Assembly: GCA_964016885.1 (NCBI GenBank)
Contig: OZ024743.1
Location: forward strand, 349,432,001 to 349,496,000
Source: Eledone cirrhosa
Lineage: Eukaryota
Length of the DNA: 64,000 bases
Reading direction: 5' to 3'
Shown: piece after piece, positions 31,401 through 44,395 of the stretch
Position numbering within the stretch: position 1 is the first letter of the stretch
Layout: each line of letters opens with the position of its first letter
The notes under the pieces: generated by a model
The model's database searches: none
Told to the model about the DNA's origin: nothing
Seen by the model: only the letters and a program-made list of their open reading frames with translations
Program-made: the position numbers and the translations under genes

Positions 31401-34331
31401 CACAGATCACGAATTTGTGGTCCGTGTAGCTGACTATCTTGAATTGTGGACAGCCTATGATAGACCTATCTATTTCCCTACAAAATACTCTATCTAGATA
31501 TGATCTGGATGACCCTATGCGATTTGTCCAAGTCCACATTGGTACATTCGGGAAATCCATTCGGTACCTGTCAGACAGTTCAAAACGCCTGAGCAGGTTG
31601 GTGAGACTCTTGCACCCTCCTTCCCTATCCACTAATCCCACACAATCCCAGCGTGCATCTAAGATCCCGTTCCAGTCGCCCACTAACACTAAAGAGCGGG
31701 ACGTTCCAAGAAAGGTCTCCAGACGCCGGAAGAAATCAGGCCGCCCTGCTCCTGTCGGGGCATAGACGGCCACTAACCTGAAAGTTTGCCCGTCTCCGCT
31801 GGTCACGTCCAGCACCACCAACTTACCTTCTGGGTCCAGGAAGATGGCCCGTATGGCAAGATCCAAACCTCTCCGAAAGAGCACAGCAACTCCTCCCCCC
31901 GATCCCGGACGGCTGGGAGATGCGTACACATCGTAGCCGCCGAAGATCGGTGCGAAGGCCCGTGCTTCGGAGATTCTGGTCTCGCTGATGGACACTACAT
32001 CTATGTTTAGTGACCTGAGGTCGTTGAGCAGGTGGCCCTGCTTCCATGACGACCCCAAGCCACGCGGATTTATGCTGCCTATTCTGAGTGAGGTCATGTT
32101 GAAAAGGAGTGGAAAAGATGGGAAAGACCACTTACCTTACTTCTCGTAGGGGAAGGACGGTTTTTCCATCCTTTTCACTGCTTGTGGCCTCCTCAGGAAG
32201 GATGTCCTTATAAATCCTCCTGGAGAGTGCTTGTCGGAAGTCTCCGATGTCTTTGGGGAATTTTTGTTTTAGTGTCATGTACGTTTTCTGCGTGGTGCGA
32301 GTGATTTGTATGTCTGGAGGTAGTGTGAATTTTTGGGTTGTTGTGTAGTCTTTTTCTGTGATGCTGGTGTTGTGTTGGATGTAGTGTAATAATTGCTTGT
32401 TGTTCAAATTTAATGCTGTGTAGTGTGTATCGTTTTGGTTGTTTTGTTTTGTTTGCGTTTGTTGTGGATTTGTTTCTGTTTCGCATTTTGGTGACTTTTG
32501 TGGTGTAGGTGATGGTGGTGTTGGGGTTAATGATGGTGATGGTGTTGGTGTTTGGGTTGATGGGGTTGGTGATGCTGGTGTCGATGGTGGCATATCTGTC
32601 CTAACTTTTTTGTTTGTTAATTTATTTGTTTCCCTCTGTATTTTGTTTTTGGAGGGGGAAGGAAGAGAATTTTTTCTTTCTTGGTTTCCTTTTTTTTTTC
32701 CTGATACCGTTTCCCACTCCTCGTCGTCACAATCTGCCTCCATTTGTGATAGGCCGGGGAGTGGAAAATCCTCCACAGGCGTTAGTTTTGGTTGTGGCGT
32801 GGTGGATGGTGTAGGCGCTGGTGCTAGTTCTGAAGCGTTGGGTGGTGGTGGTGTTGGTTTTGCTGGTGGTGGTGGTGTTGATTTTGCTACTGTTGCTGGG
32901 GTTGTTGCTGTTATAGTTGCTTCTGTTGTTGCTGCTACAGTTGTTGCTGCCATCTCTGCTACTGGTGGTGTTGATGGTTTTGTCACTGGGGTGGGTAGGA
33001 GAGGTGGCCTCAACCTTTTAGCCTGAGGGCAGAAAGCCCTTAGGTGGGTTCCTTCACAACAAACGACACACCTAGGCCTTCTTCCCTCGACAATTACGGT
33101 GACGTGGCTGCCGTCAGTGAGGTCTATTACCTCTGGGATCTCCTCAATGCTTTTTGGTCCGCTTGAATCAGGCACTCCATCCCAGATCCGGACCAGTTCT
33201 CCTGCTTTTCTTTTGCTATTGCTATTATCTTTGTGTTGGCTTCGATGCCGGCGAGGACGGCCGCTATTAGCCAGGGAATTTCGATGGCCGGTGGAACGTG
33301 GGTCACCCTGATCTTTACGAGTCTCTGGCCACAATAGCTTGGGACGAGTGTGAAGTCGTCACTTCTTAATGGGGCCATGGAGTGTTCTCTAGCCTCCTCC
33401 GGTGTTTCAAAGAACACGTCCACGGTTCCATACTTCTGCCCACGTCTGATGTGGGTTTTTCTTGCCCACACATGTCCCAAAGCTTTTTGGATTTGGGACT
33501 CGGATGCCCGTTCCACTCGGCGCGATTTTACATTTATTGTTCGATACGACACGGTGCATAGGCGCCGATGCTCCATTTTATTAGGTGGGGGGGGGGGCTG
33601 ACCCTGTACCCATCTTTCTTTACCATTTGTTTGGCATTTTCTAAATCCTCCTGAGTTACTGTAAATGCTTCGAACTGTTTTGCTACTCTGGCATAACTCA
33701 GGGTGTTTTTTTTAATGTCATTTTTGTTGTTGTTGCTATCGTTATTTTTGTTATTATTAATTTTAGTTTCAGTTGTGGTGGTGGTGACGTCAGTCGTCTT
33801 TGGTGGGGAAGAGTCCATTTTGCTTGATTTCATTTCGACATCACGAGTTAATTTATTTTTTTCTTCTTTTGTTTGTGTTGTCGCGGTGGTGGAGGGGGTG
33901 GTGGTTGTCACGGTGGTGGTGGTGGTGGAGGCTTTAACACCTGCATTCATTGGTAATGGCGGGAAATGAATGTCTGCCTGAGACAAATTTAAAATATTGC
34001 TACTGCTTATATTTTTTTTAGTGTTGGCAGACGTAGTAACATTTACAATGGTGGTGTCGGTGTGAGGTGTTAATTTGTGAGAAAGGCTTTCAGCTGCTTG
34101 GTGCAGTGGTGAATTAGCCATTTTTTTTTCAAAGAAATTTTTTGATAATCATAAAAGTTTAAATTTTGGGCACAAGGCCCCAATCTTTTTGGGTGTCCTT
34201 TTCGGAAAACAATGTATGTGCGCTTATATATAGTTAACAATAAAAATTTTCCATAAATGGCAATTTTTAACAAACGGAAATAACAAACCTTTGCGGAGCT
34301 CACGATGATACGATTTACTACGTAGGTCGCC
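28462..34331 (-). mobile_element. Tx1/L1-clade copy E2, full length, pseudogenised
   Basis: ORF2 from ATG 32097 nearly identical to E1 but with nonsense codons (~30646, ~29470) and a deletion near 29330; ORF1 from ATG 34121 with CVVCCEGTHLRAFC; (AAT)n on both sides. Confidence 0.92.
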
Positions 34332-34373
<42 letters not shown>

Positions 34374-34375
<2 letters not shown>

Positions 34376-37300
34376 TTTCATTTATTGGCCATAAGGGCCG
34401 ACATATAGGGGACAATACAAAAGTCTGGGACAGTGGGGTTTTACAGAAAAATCGAGTAAACAATATGATTAAACAAAGTAACAATAACAAAGTAACAATA
34501 AAGTAACAATACAATTACAACAAGAAAAAATTCCCCAATAGGGGGGATGACCACCTAGAGTACGCTCACGAGTCCTGAACGACCCGACGCTTCGAGGGCA
34601 CCCAGGAAGGGCACCCCTCTCCTCTTCAAATTTACCTACCTACAGCCGCATGAGCAGAGTAGGCTCACTCACACGGGCGTTTCTCGCCACATTCACCCAC
34701 CTTTCAGCAAATGTACTGGGGGGCAGCACTTCTCTCTCCCCCTAACCTTCCTTTCCAAGTGAAACTTGAAAAAGTTGATGAGCGATTGGCCGAAGAGAAA
34801 AGTGTCTGTCTTCAGTCCTTTCAACCTCGTCCATCATACAACCTCTTTCGCTACTGCCACCAGACAGAGGAAAATTGCCTGCCCTTCCTGGCCAAAAGAA
34901 GGCGGCGGGTCGATCTTCACTATGGACTCGGCCGATAGCCGGATCCGTCTACACGCGACAACAGCTGTTCAACATAACTCCACAAGACATTAATGCACGG
35001 ACACTGGACGAGTGCGTGCAGAACGGTTTCGTCGCTCTGGGCGCATCTTGGGCAGGTCCGTCTGACAGCACTTCCGTGCCTGTAGAATTTATCTCGAACC
35101 GGCAGTGCCCCCCGGTAGCACTGCCAAGCGAGGGATTTTTGGAAATTATCCATCGTCCCCGGCTCGCAAGTCCTCCGTTGACTCCCAGAGCCTCTCCAAG
35201 TGCGTCGTCGCACTTGCCCACCACTAATCCTCTATAGAACTCGAGAGTGGAATTTCCACTGACCGCATCGCCTGCCTGGTAGAGGGCAGTGAGTGCCTGG
35301 CAACTTTCCCGATGCCAGTAACACAGTCTCGGTCTCTTCTTGACCCAGGGCTGCAGCTCAGTCAAAGAAACGAGCTACGGAAAGGCCCGTCTGACAAACA
35401 GCGACCACACCTGTTCACCGTTTAGCAGAATATCTGGAGATGCCGCAGCCTCAGCGCGTGACTGTGCATCATTAGCCACGGCATGCCCAGCCCTCCACAT
35501 AGAGGGTGCTGGCAGCAGATGGACCGCCTAACCAGCGGAAACTGACCCCTCTACAAGAATTTGAAGAGGAGCCGCTCCAAAATGGCGACGCGCGAACGGG
35601 GGAAAGGGACGGCAGTCAGACGGTAGTAGATGACGGACGCGATGTACGCGTTCGCCACCTCCGCCCGACCTTTCAGTGATAGCTTCATCCCAGCCCATTT
35701 CTGGGTGAGACTGACTACCCTACCCGTCACCTTGTCCCAATTCTTATCTACCTGGAGGTCTGGCCCGAACCAAACCCCTAGCAACTTTACCGGTCCGTCC
35801 GTCCAGCGCCTAACGACGCTGTTGGACGGCATGGACTTGCCTCTCCAGGTGCCGAGTTGCAGGCCTACTAACTTTTCCGGGTTAAGTTTTGCTCCCGTCA
35901 ACCTTTCATATTCCTCCAATAAGTTGCCGACCACCTCAATTTCTGAGGTGTACGACACCATCACGGTGATGTCGTCCGCATAAGCCGACACGGCCTTTCC
36001 GCGTCTCGGTTCAAGCAGGATGCCCTGCAACAACTTCAGCTTCCGCAGTAAAGGCTTGAGAGTCAATATGTACAGAAGGGAGGAGAGAGGGCACCCTTGA
36101 CGGACCAATCGGGAGATCTGAAACGGTTCCGAGAGGTGGCCATTAATTTTGACCATCGAGCAGGTCCCGCTCTGCATTGCAGCGATCCAGCTTCTGAAGA
36201 CGGGACCGAAGCCAGCCACTTGAGGACAGCCTGCAGGTACCGATGGTCGACCCTATCGAATGCTTTCGATTGATCTAAATTGATCAGAGTCCCACCGAAG
36301 CCAGGTTTACACCCTACCCTCTCTATGATGTATCGCTTTAGGTAGAGGTTGTCGTGTATGGACTTGGTTGGGATTGCGCAAGTTTGCGCCTCCCCAACCA
36401 AATCCCCGACGACAAGCGCCAACCTCTTCGCTAACACCCTGGCCAAAATCTGAAACTCTGTGTTGAGCAGAGTTATGGGCCTGAAATTGTCTAAAGTGTC
36501 CCTCTTGTTCTCGTCTTTCCTTATCAGCGTCACAACGCCCCGGATCACAGAACTGGGAATACTCCCGTTTTGCTGCCAGTTGCAGTAGACGGCTTCGAGG
36601 AGATTGGAGAATAAGTCTGGCATATTTACGTAAAGCTCGTAGGGCAGACCATCCAAACCGGGTGACTTGCGCCTCATGCAGCCGACAAGGACATCCTGAA
36701 TCTCGGCTGAAGTAATTGGCCTTCCGCAGCGCCCAGCGTCAGCCGTCGAGAGTTGCGGCAAGCCAACGATGTAGGGACTGAAGTCCGCCACCATCTCTGA
36801 CCCGCCACTTCCCCCTAACAATCGAGCAAAATGTTGGCGAAAGGCCTCACACATCCTCTTGGAATCGCTCAGCTCGTGCCCGTCTCGGTCCGTCAAAGAC
36901 CGAATCGTGGTTTTATTACCACGCTGCGCCTCTGCCACGCGGGCCCATCGAACAGCTTTGGTTCCCTCGTTTCTCAGAGCACGCGCCTTAGCTCTGACAA
37001 TGCAATCTTTGTGTTTCGCATTGAAGAAATGGTCTAATGCCATTCTCGCCGCTAGCATATCAGTTGCAATGCCACTATCAATAGCCTCGTCTAACTTATC
37101 TTCCAACTCCCCCTCCTTTCTATTTTTCTCTAATGCTACTTCTTTGCTAAACTCTATCAACATTACTCTAATCTCTCCTTTGAGAGCCCCCCACCATCTA
37201 TTGTTGACGACTCCCCCTGTCAACTTTTTCTTAACTAAATTGTTGACCTGGTCCCTGTAAGCCTTACGTGCCGGAAATGACATGTTTAGCTATCAGTAAC

Positions 37301-39878
37301 CAGGTCCTAACCTACGCGTCTTATCTAGGTCGACCATACAGATCACAAACTTGTGATCTGAATAGGCGACCGTTTCAAAACGTGGACAGCTTACACTATT
37401 TCTGTCTATTTTCCTAATGAATATCCTGTCTATATACGATCTAGATGACCCTATGCGGTTAGCCCATGTCCACACTGGCGCATTAGGGAAATCTAGTCGG
37501 TACCTGTCAGACAGTTGGAACTGGCTGATCAGGTCCTTGAGGCTTTTGCACCCCCCCCCCGCTCCTATCGGATACTCCCACACAGTCCCAGCGTGCGTCT
37601 AAGATGCCTCCGCTAACAGTAAAGGGGGAGACTAGCCAGAAAGGCTTCCAGGCCTCTAAAGAAGTCCGGCCGTCCTGCTCCAGTAGCAGCATGGACGTCC
37701 ACCAGTCTAAAGGCACCACCTTCATTATTGTTCACGTCCAGGACCACCAACATCCCGTCCGGGTCCCGGAAGATCGACCTTACCTCGAGATCCAGGCCTT
37801 TCCTAAACAGCACTGCCACCCCGCCTCCCATTCCCGGCCGGCTAACAGATGCAAAGATCTGATAGTCGTCGAAAATGGAGGCTAGTGCGCACGTGTCGGA
37901 AATCCTGGTCTCGCTGACTGCAATTACATCCATTTCTATAGACCTGAGGTGGTTGAGCAGGTGACCCTGCTTCCAGGACGATCCCAAGCCTCGAACATTT
38001 AAACATCCTACTCTTAAAACGGCCATGTTTTCAGGTTAAACAGAGAGAGAGGAAGGTTTACTTACCTTCCGGGCTCTTGTGAAGGTCGGGTTGTTCGACC
38101 TCCATAGTTAGTGGGGTTTCTTTTGGGAACCCCTTTAAAAGTCTTGAAGTGGGTTTTACGTTCGGGGTTCTCACGTCCCGAGGAAAGCTGTCTCGTATTT
38201 CTTTGAATATGTCGAGCGACATTCGCACCAGAACCAAATCTTCCAGCACGCGAAATGTGCTCGATTTAAAAACTTCCCCCTCTTTTTGTATATTTTCACT
38301 TCGTGCTACGAGGGCCATCCGTTCCTTGTTGGCCCTCCTGACGAGCACGAAGTTTTGTATGTTTTGTTGGTGTGATTTTATTTGTTTGAGTGGCTGTGGT
38401 GGTGATGGTTTTGGTGGTGTTGTTTCGGTTGTGGCTGTGTTTGTTGTGAGTGCGGTGTCTGTGGTTTCAGATGTTTGTGTGTATATTTGTTCTTGCGTCT
38501 GTTTCGGTTGTTTGCGTTTGGGGGATTCTGGTGATGGTGATGGTGGTGTTGATGTTGGTGTTATTGGAGAGATGTTTGCGTGGGTGGTGTCTGCGTTTTT
38601 TATATGGGTGCTTTTGTGCTTTGTTGAGTTTTGTTTTTGTTTTTGTGTTTCCTTTTTTGTATTTTGGGGGATTTTGGATTTCCCTCATTTTCACTACTGG
38701 TAGATGAGGGATATGTGTCTGTAAGTGTGTCTGTATGTATGTTTAAGGTTTTATTGGTGTGTGCATTTTTGGAGGGAGGGGGAATTTGACAGCTTTCCTC
38801 GTTTCCCCCTGGGTGGTCAATGTTGGTGGTGGTCTTTCTATTGGTGTTGTTGTTGGTGGTTTTGCCGGTGCAGGTGTTTGTTGTAGTCCTCACCCCGGCG
38901 TCGGCAACAGTGGAGCCTTTCGACCCCTTGCCTCTTTCAGCAGTTGAGGGCAGAAGGCTCGCAAATGGATTTTTTCCCCACAAACAAAACACTGCGGCCT
39001 TTTGCCTTCGGTCATAATGTGAATGACAGTCCCATTCTGAAGGCGGATGTGGTCTGGGATTGTCTTCACATTCTCGGGCTTGGTTTGTGCTGAGATGCAT
39101 CTAGAATGCACCGTTTTGCGCTCCACTGCCTCAATAGCTTCTACCGAGACAGTTAAGTTGGCCCAAGTTTGCTCTTGCTTGATGAGCTTCCATGTCTGGG
39201 CCAACTTTTCATCTTTGTTTGAGAGGTCCATGTTGAAGCATGGCCTCTTTTTTGCTGCTGCCGCAGCGAAAGTGGTCTTGTTTTCGTTGGGGTTGTTGTT
39301 GACGTTGTTCTTGTTGGTGTTGTTGTTAGCACTGTCGCTGTTGTCATTGTTGTCTTTGTTGCCACCGTTATTCTCGGTGCAGTTGGTATTGTTGCTGTTG
39401 GTGTTGTCGCTATTTGTTTTCATGTTAGTGGTGTTGATATTGTTGTTGTATTTGTTATTTTTTTGTTTTGTTATCTGTATTTTCGTTGTCGCTATTACTG
39501 TCATTTTTTTCAAAATTAGAGTTCTTATTGGTATCATTGGTGTCTTTGTTTACCTTGTTTGTGGTGGTGTTTGTGTTATCAATGTGTGTTAATTTCGCTG
39601 TAGCGCTCCTCTAAACTTCTACGTCGTTGTCGCACGAAAGCCGACATATCGCTGGGGGCGTGGCTCAGCCATGTTTTTTTTTCTTAGTAAATTTTTTAAC
39701 ATGTGAAAAAAAGTTCAAATATGTGGGCCAAAAGGCCCAAATATTATACTTTCCCCTTCACGGGGAAAAATCTAAGGGCTTATATCCCTTACACAACAAG
39801 AAATATTTAACAACAAATAATTTAAACAGGCAAATAAAGCGACTTACTGTGAGCGAGCAAAATACGTCCGCTTAGACC
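34374..39878 (-). mobile_element. Tx1/L1-clade copy E3, full-length ends, more divergent subfamily, degenerate
   Basis: ORF2 from ATG 38026 (MAVLRVGCLNVRG) in several frames, with YADD; ORF1 from ATG 39672 with CFVCGEKIHLRAFC; (AAT)n at both ends. Confidence 0.9.
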
Positions 39879-39938
<60 letters not shown>

Positions 39939-39940
<2 letters not shown>

Positions 39941-42900
39941 TTTCTTTATTGGCCACAAGGGCTGACATCAAGAAAAACATTACAGACGACACAAGACGGT
40001 ACGATGTGGGTTTTGTGCGTGTAAATATTTTTATTATTTATATAAGAAAAGAAAAAAAAAGCACATAAAACATATATATATATATATAAACAATAAAAAG
40101 GAAAATTGAAACGCTGAAAAATTCCCAGATAGGGGGGAAACCTCCGAGAGTTACTCGTAGCGAAAACCACACAAAAGACCACGGCCATCCTGACCACCAG
40201 GGCAAGCGATCTCTCAATTTGTCCATCTCTCAAACTACAGACGTATATTCACTCGGAACATTCTCGCTACATTCACCCACCTTTCAGCAAACTTGCTAGA
40301 AGGCAGCACTTGCCTCTCCACCCTGATTTTCCTCTTCAAGTGAAACTTGAAAAAGTTAATTAGGGATTCGCCGAAGAGGAAAGTGTTTGTCTTTAACCCT
40401 TTTAACCTTGTCCACCACACAATCTCTTTCGCCATGGCCACCAGGCAGATGAAAACCGCCTGCCCTTCCTCCTCGAAGGAAGACGGCGAGACCATCTCCG
40501 CAATGGACTCAGTCGACAACCGGATCAGTCCCACACGTGAGAGCAACTGTTCGACATAGCTCCACAAGTCAGCAATGCTCGGGCACTGAACGAGTGCGTG
40601 CACAACGGTTTCGTCGCTCTGCGCGCATCTCGGACAGGCTCGGCTGACGGCACTTCCGTGCCTGTAGAGCTTATCTCGAACCGGCAGCGCTCCCCGGTAG
40701 CACTGCCAGCCAGGGATTTTTGGAAGTTATCCATAGGCCCCGGGCTGAAAGTTCTCCGGAAGAGAGCAAACAGCTGATCTTCTTAGTCGCCCAGGTTCTC
40801 TCCGAGAATGTCGTCGCTCTTCCCCTCCACTAGTCCTCTATAGAACGCCGAGGTGGATGTTCCACCGATACTGGTGCCCAACTGGGAGAGAGCAGTGAGC
40901 GCCTGGAGACATTCCAGTTTCCAAGCGTTATCCCTCGGTCTTTTTCTGACCCAGGACTGCAGCTCCGTCAATGAGATGAGCTGTGGGAAAACGTGCCTGG
41001 CGAACGGCGACCACACCCGTTCACCATCAAGGAAGCACCTAGAGATGTCGCAGCCTCAGCGCATGTTTACGCATCATCAACCATGGCATGCCCAGTCCTC
41101 CACGCAACGGGTGGTGACAGCAGAGCGATCGTCTGACCATGGGAGCGCGTCCCCTCCACAAAAAGCGGAAGAGGAAGCGCTCCATTTTGGTGAGAGTTGG
41201 GCTGGAGCAAGGGACGACGGTGAGGCGGTAGCAGATGGCGGATACGATGTACGCATTCGCCACTTCCGCCCGGCCTTTCAGGGACAGCTTCCTCTCAGCC
41301 CATTTCTGGGTGAGGGAGTCCATCCTGCTCGTCACCTCGTTCCAGTTTTTCTCCATCTGGAGGTCCGGTCCGAACCAGACCCCGAGCAATTTAACCGGTC
41401 CGTCCGTCCAACGCCCCACGACACTGACGGACGGCATGGACTTGCCTCTCCAGGTGTCGAGCTGCAAGCCCACCGACTTTTCCTGGTTTATCTTTGCTCC
41501 TGTCACCGATTCGTATTCCTTGAGAACGGTGCCGAGCATCTGGACGTGTCTGGTGCTCGACACCACCACGGTGATGTCGTCAGCATAAGCCGACTCGGAT
41601 TTCCCGCACCCTAGTTCGGGTGGGACGCCCCTCATCGCCCCCAGTTTGTACAGTAACGGCTCGAGAGCCAATACGTACAAGAGGGACGAGAGGGGACAAC
41701 CCTGGCGGACTGAGCGCCTGATACTGAACGGCTGCGACAGGTGACCGTTCACCCTCACAACTGAGCAGATGTCGCTATACAGTGCTGCGATCCAACCCCT
41801 GAAAACGAGCCCGAAACCGGCTGCCTCGAGGACCGCCGCCAGGTACCGATGGTCGACCCTATCGAATGCTTTGGATTGATCCAAGTTGATCAGGGCCTCT
41901 CTATGATGTATCACTACTCCTTTGCTAAACCTAATCGACTCTACTTTAATTGCCCTTTTCAGGGCGAACCATCACCTGTTGTTGGCGACCGCTCCCGTCA
42001 ACGCCCGCTTAACTAATACGTATAATCCGGTCTCTGTAGGCTTTGCGCGCCGGGAAAGACGCGTTCAGTTTCCAGTAACCAGGCCCTTGTCTATGAAGTC
42101 TGACTATGTCGATCTCACAGATCAAAAATTTGTGGTCTGTGTAGTCGACTATTTTCAATTGTGGACAACTTATACTAGCCTTATCTAGTTCTCTGCAGAA
42201 AACCCTATCGAGATACGATCTGGATGACCCGATGCGGTTTGTCCATGTCCACATTGACATATTCGGGTGATCCAGTCGATACCTGTCAGACAGTTCAAAA
42301 TGTCTGAGCAGGTTGGTGAGGCTCTTGCACCCTCCTCCCCTATCCACTAGCCCCACACGATCCCAGCGTGCATCCAAGATACCGTTCCAGTCGCCCACTA
42401 ACAATAAAGAGCGGGACGTTCCAAGAAAGGTCTCTAGACGTCTGAAGAAATCTGGCCGTCCTGCCCCTGTTGGGGCGTAGACGGCTACTAGCCTGAAAGC
42501 ATTGCCTTTGCTGCCGGTCACGTCCAGCACCACCGACTTACCTTCTGGATCCTGGACGGCTGGGAGATGCGTATACATCGTAGCCGCCGAAGATCGGTGC
42601 GAAGGCCCGTGCTTCGGAGATTCTGGTTTCACTGATGGCCACGACATCTTTGTTTAGTGACCTGAGGTCATTGAGCAGGTGACCTTGCTTCCAAGATGAC
42701 CCAGGTCACGTGCATTTATACTGCCTATTCTGAGTACAGCCATGTTGGATGAGAAACGAGGCAAGTGAGAAAGGGTCACTTACCTTGTTCGTGTGGTGAA
42801 GGGACAGTAGAACCGTCCCTTTCGTTGGTCATGGGTGTTTCCAAGAGGATGTCAGTGTATATCCTCTTGGTAACCGTCCCTCTGAAGTCTCCAACTGCGT

Positions 42901-43195
42901 TGGAGAATTTTTGTTTTAAAGGTTTGTACTGTTCTATTGAGATTTCGATGATGCCTATGTTTGTCGGGAGAGTTCTTGGTGTTGGTGGGGTGTAGTAGTT
43001 TTTTTTCTGTGATGTCTGTGTGCTGCTTTATATATTGTATGAGTTCTTTTTTTGCCATGTTTATGGCTGTGTACTTTTTGGGGGGAGGGGTGATTTTGTT
43101 GCTGTTTTCTTCTTGCTGCTGTTTAGAGTGTGTGTCTTGTTGTGTTTGCGTTGTTGGTGTTTGTGGTGGTGATGGTGGTGGTGTTGCTGCAAATT
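39939..43195 (-). mobile_element. Tx1/L1-clade copy E4, 5'-truncated in ORF1, with a large internal ORF2 deletion
   Basis: ORF2 ATG at 42743; APE region joined to mid-RT near 41910; YADD in ORF 41039-41914; 3' AATAAA + (ATT)n. Confidence 0.9.
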
Positions 43196-43202
43196 TCCTT
43201 CA

Positions 43203-44085
43203 CATCACCTCCACATAAACAACTTGTTACCGGACGAACAGAAAGGAAGCCGAAAGAAGTCCCGTGGTACAAATGACCAGTTACTTATTGATAAGATGGT
43301 AATGAGGAATTGCAGGAGGAGACACTGGTCTTGCTATGGGATGGATAGACTACAAAAAGGCATTCGACATGGTACCTCATTCTTGGATAACCAAAAGCCT
43401 AGAGATCTTCAGGTTGGCAGATAACATCAGACAGTTGTTAAGTAAAAGTATGAAGTCCGGGAAAACAGAGTTAACATCGGGCGGAGAATCCTTGGGAGGC
43501 GTGAAGATCAAGAGAGATATCTTCCAGGGAGATAGTTTGTCCCCTCTGTTGTTTGTCCTTGCCCTGATCATTATACTGCGAAAAGTGAGAGCAGGATACA
43601 AGTTGGGAAAGGGAGAGCTTACCATCAATCACCTCCTCTTCATGGACGAGCTTAGGCTCTTCGGGAAGAGTGAAAAGGAGTTGGATGTGCTTGTTGACAC
43701 TGTCCGTATTTTCAGCAATGATATATGTATGCAATTTGGTATTAGTAAGTGTGGAGTCCTAGTGATGAAGAGGGGTAAATAGAGTAGAAGCAACGGAATC
43801 CAGGTACCAACAGGTGAGATAAAGGAAATAGACACTGAAGAAGGATACAAATATTTAGGTGTTCTGGAGGCTGATGACATCAAGAACAAAAAAATGAAGG
43901 AATTGATAAAATCTGAATACATTTGGGGAATGGAAGACTTTTTGGAACACTTCAAAAGGCATGCTTGCTGGGAACAGCAAGAACCCTCCGATACGTCCTG
44001 AATATCTGAGGCTGCAGGTAGTGGCTTGATATTCATTTCAACAATTTCCAGTTAAATAACATCAATGACTGAGACTCAAAGAACA
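43203..44085 (+). mobile_element. R4/Dong-clade copy D2, 5'-truncated and internally deleted
   Basis: Matches D1 from ~26465 to ~27200, then jumps to the D1 3' end (~28276 onward); ends in (AAT)n at ~44083-44111. Confidence 0.9.
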
Positions 44086-44303
44086 ATAATAATAATAATA
44101 ATAATAATAATATTGATGATGGTGATGATGGTAATGATGATGGTAATGATGATGGTAATGCTGATTTCTATTATTTTAGATTTAATTTGCTATGTTCCAA
44201 CGAAAAAAGTGAATCGAATGTTGTCATAGACTCGTAATTGATATTGGAGGTGACAATATGTTGAAATATAATAAATTAATAAATGCATAAAAAATGTCCC
44301 CAA

Positions 44304-44347
<44 letters not shown>

Positions 44348-44350
44348 CAT

Positions 44351-44395
<45 letters not shown>

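Noticed and set aside
34270-34331. HDV-like ribozyme at the G-starting 5' ends of the Tx1 copies
   Set aside because: No convincing P1 partner or L3 motif in E1, E2 or E3
19050-42188. Recurrent + strand ORFs antisense to Tx1 ORF2 (e.g. MTDAMYALATS...)
   Set aside because: Shadow ORFs, expected opposite GC-rich coding sequence and repeated only because the elements are homologous
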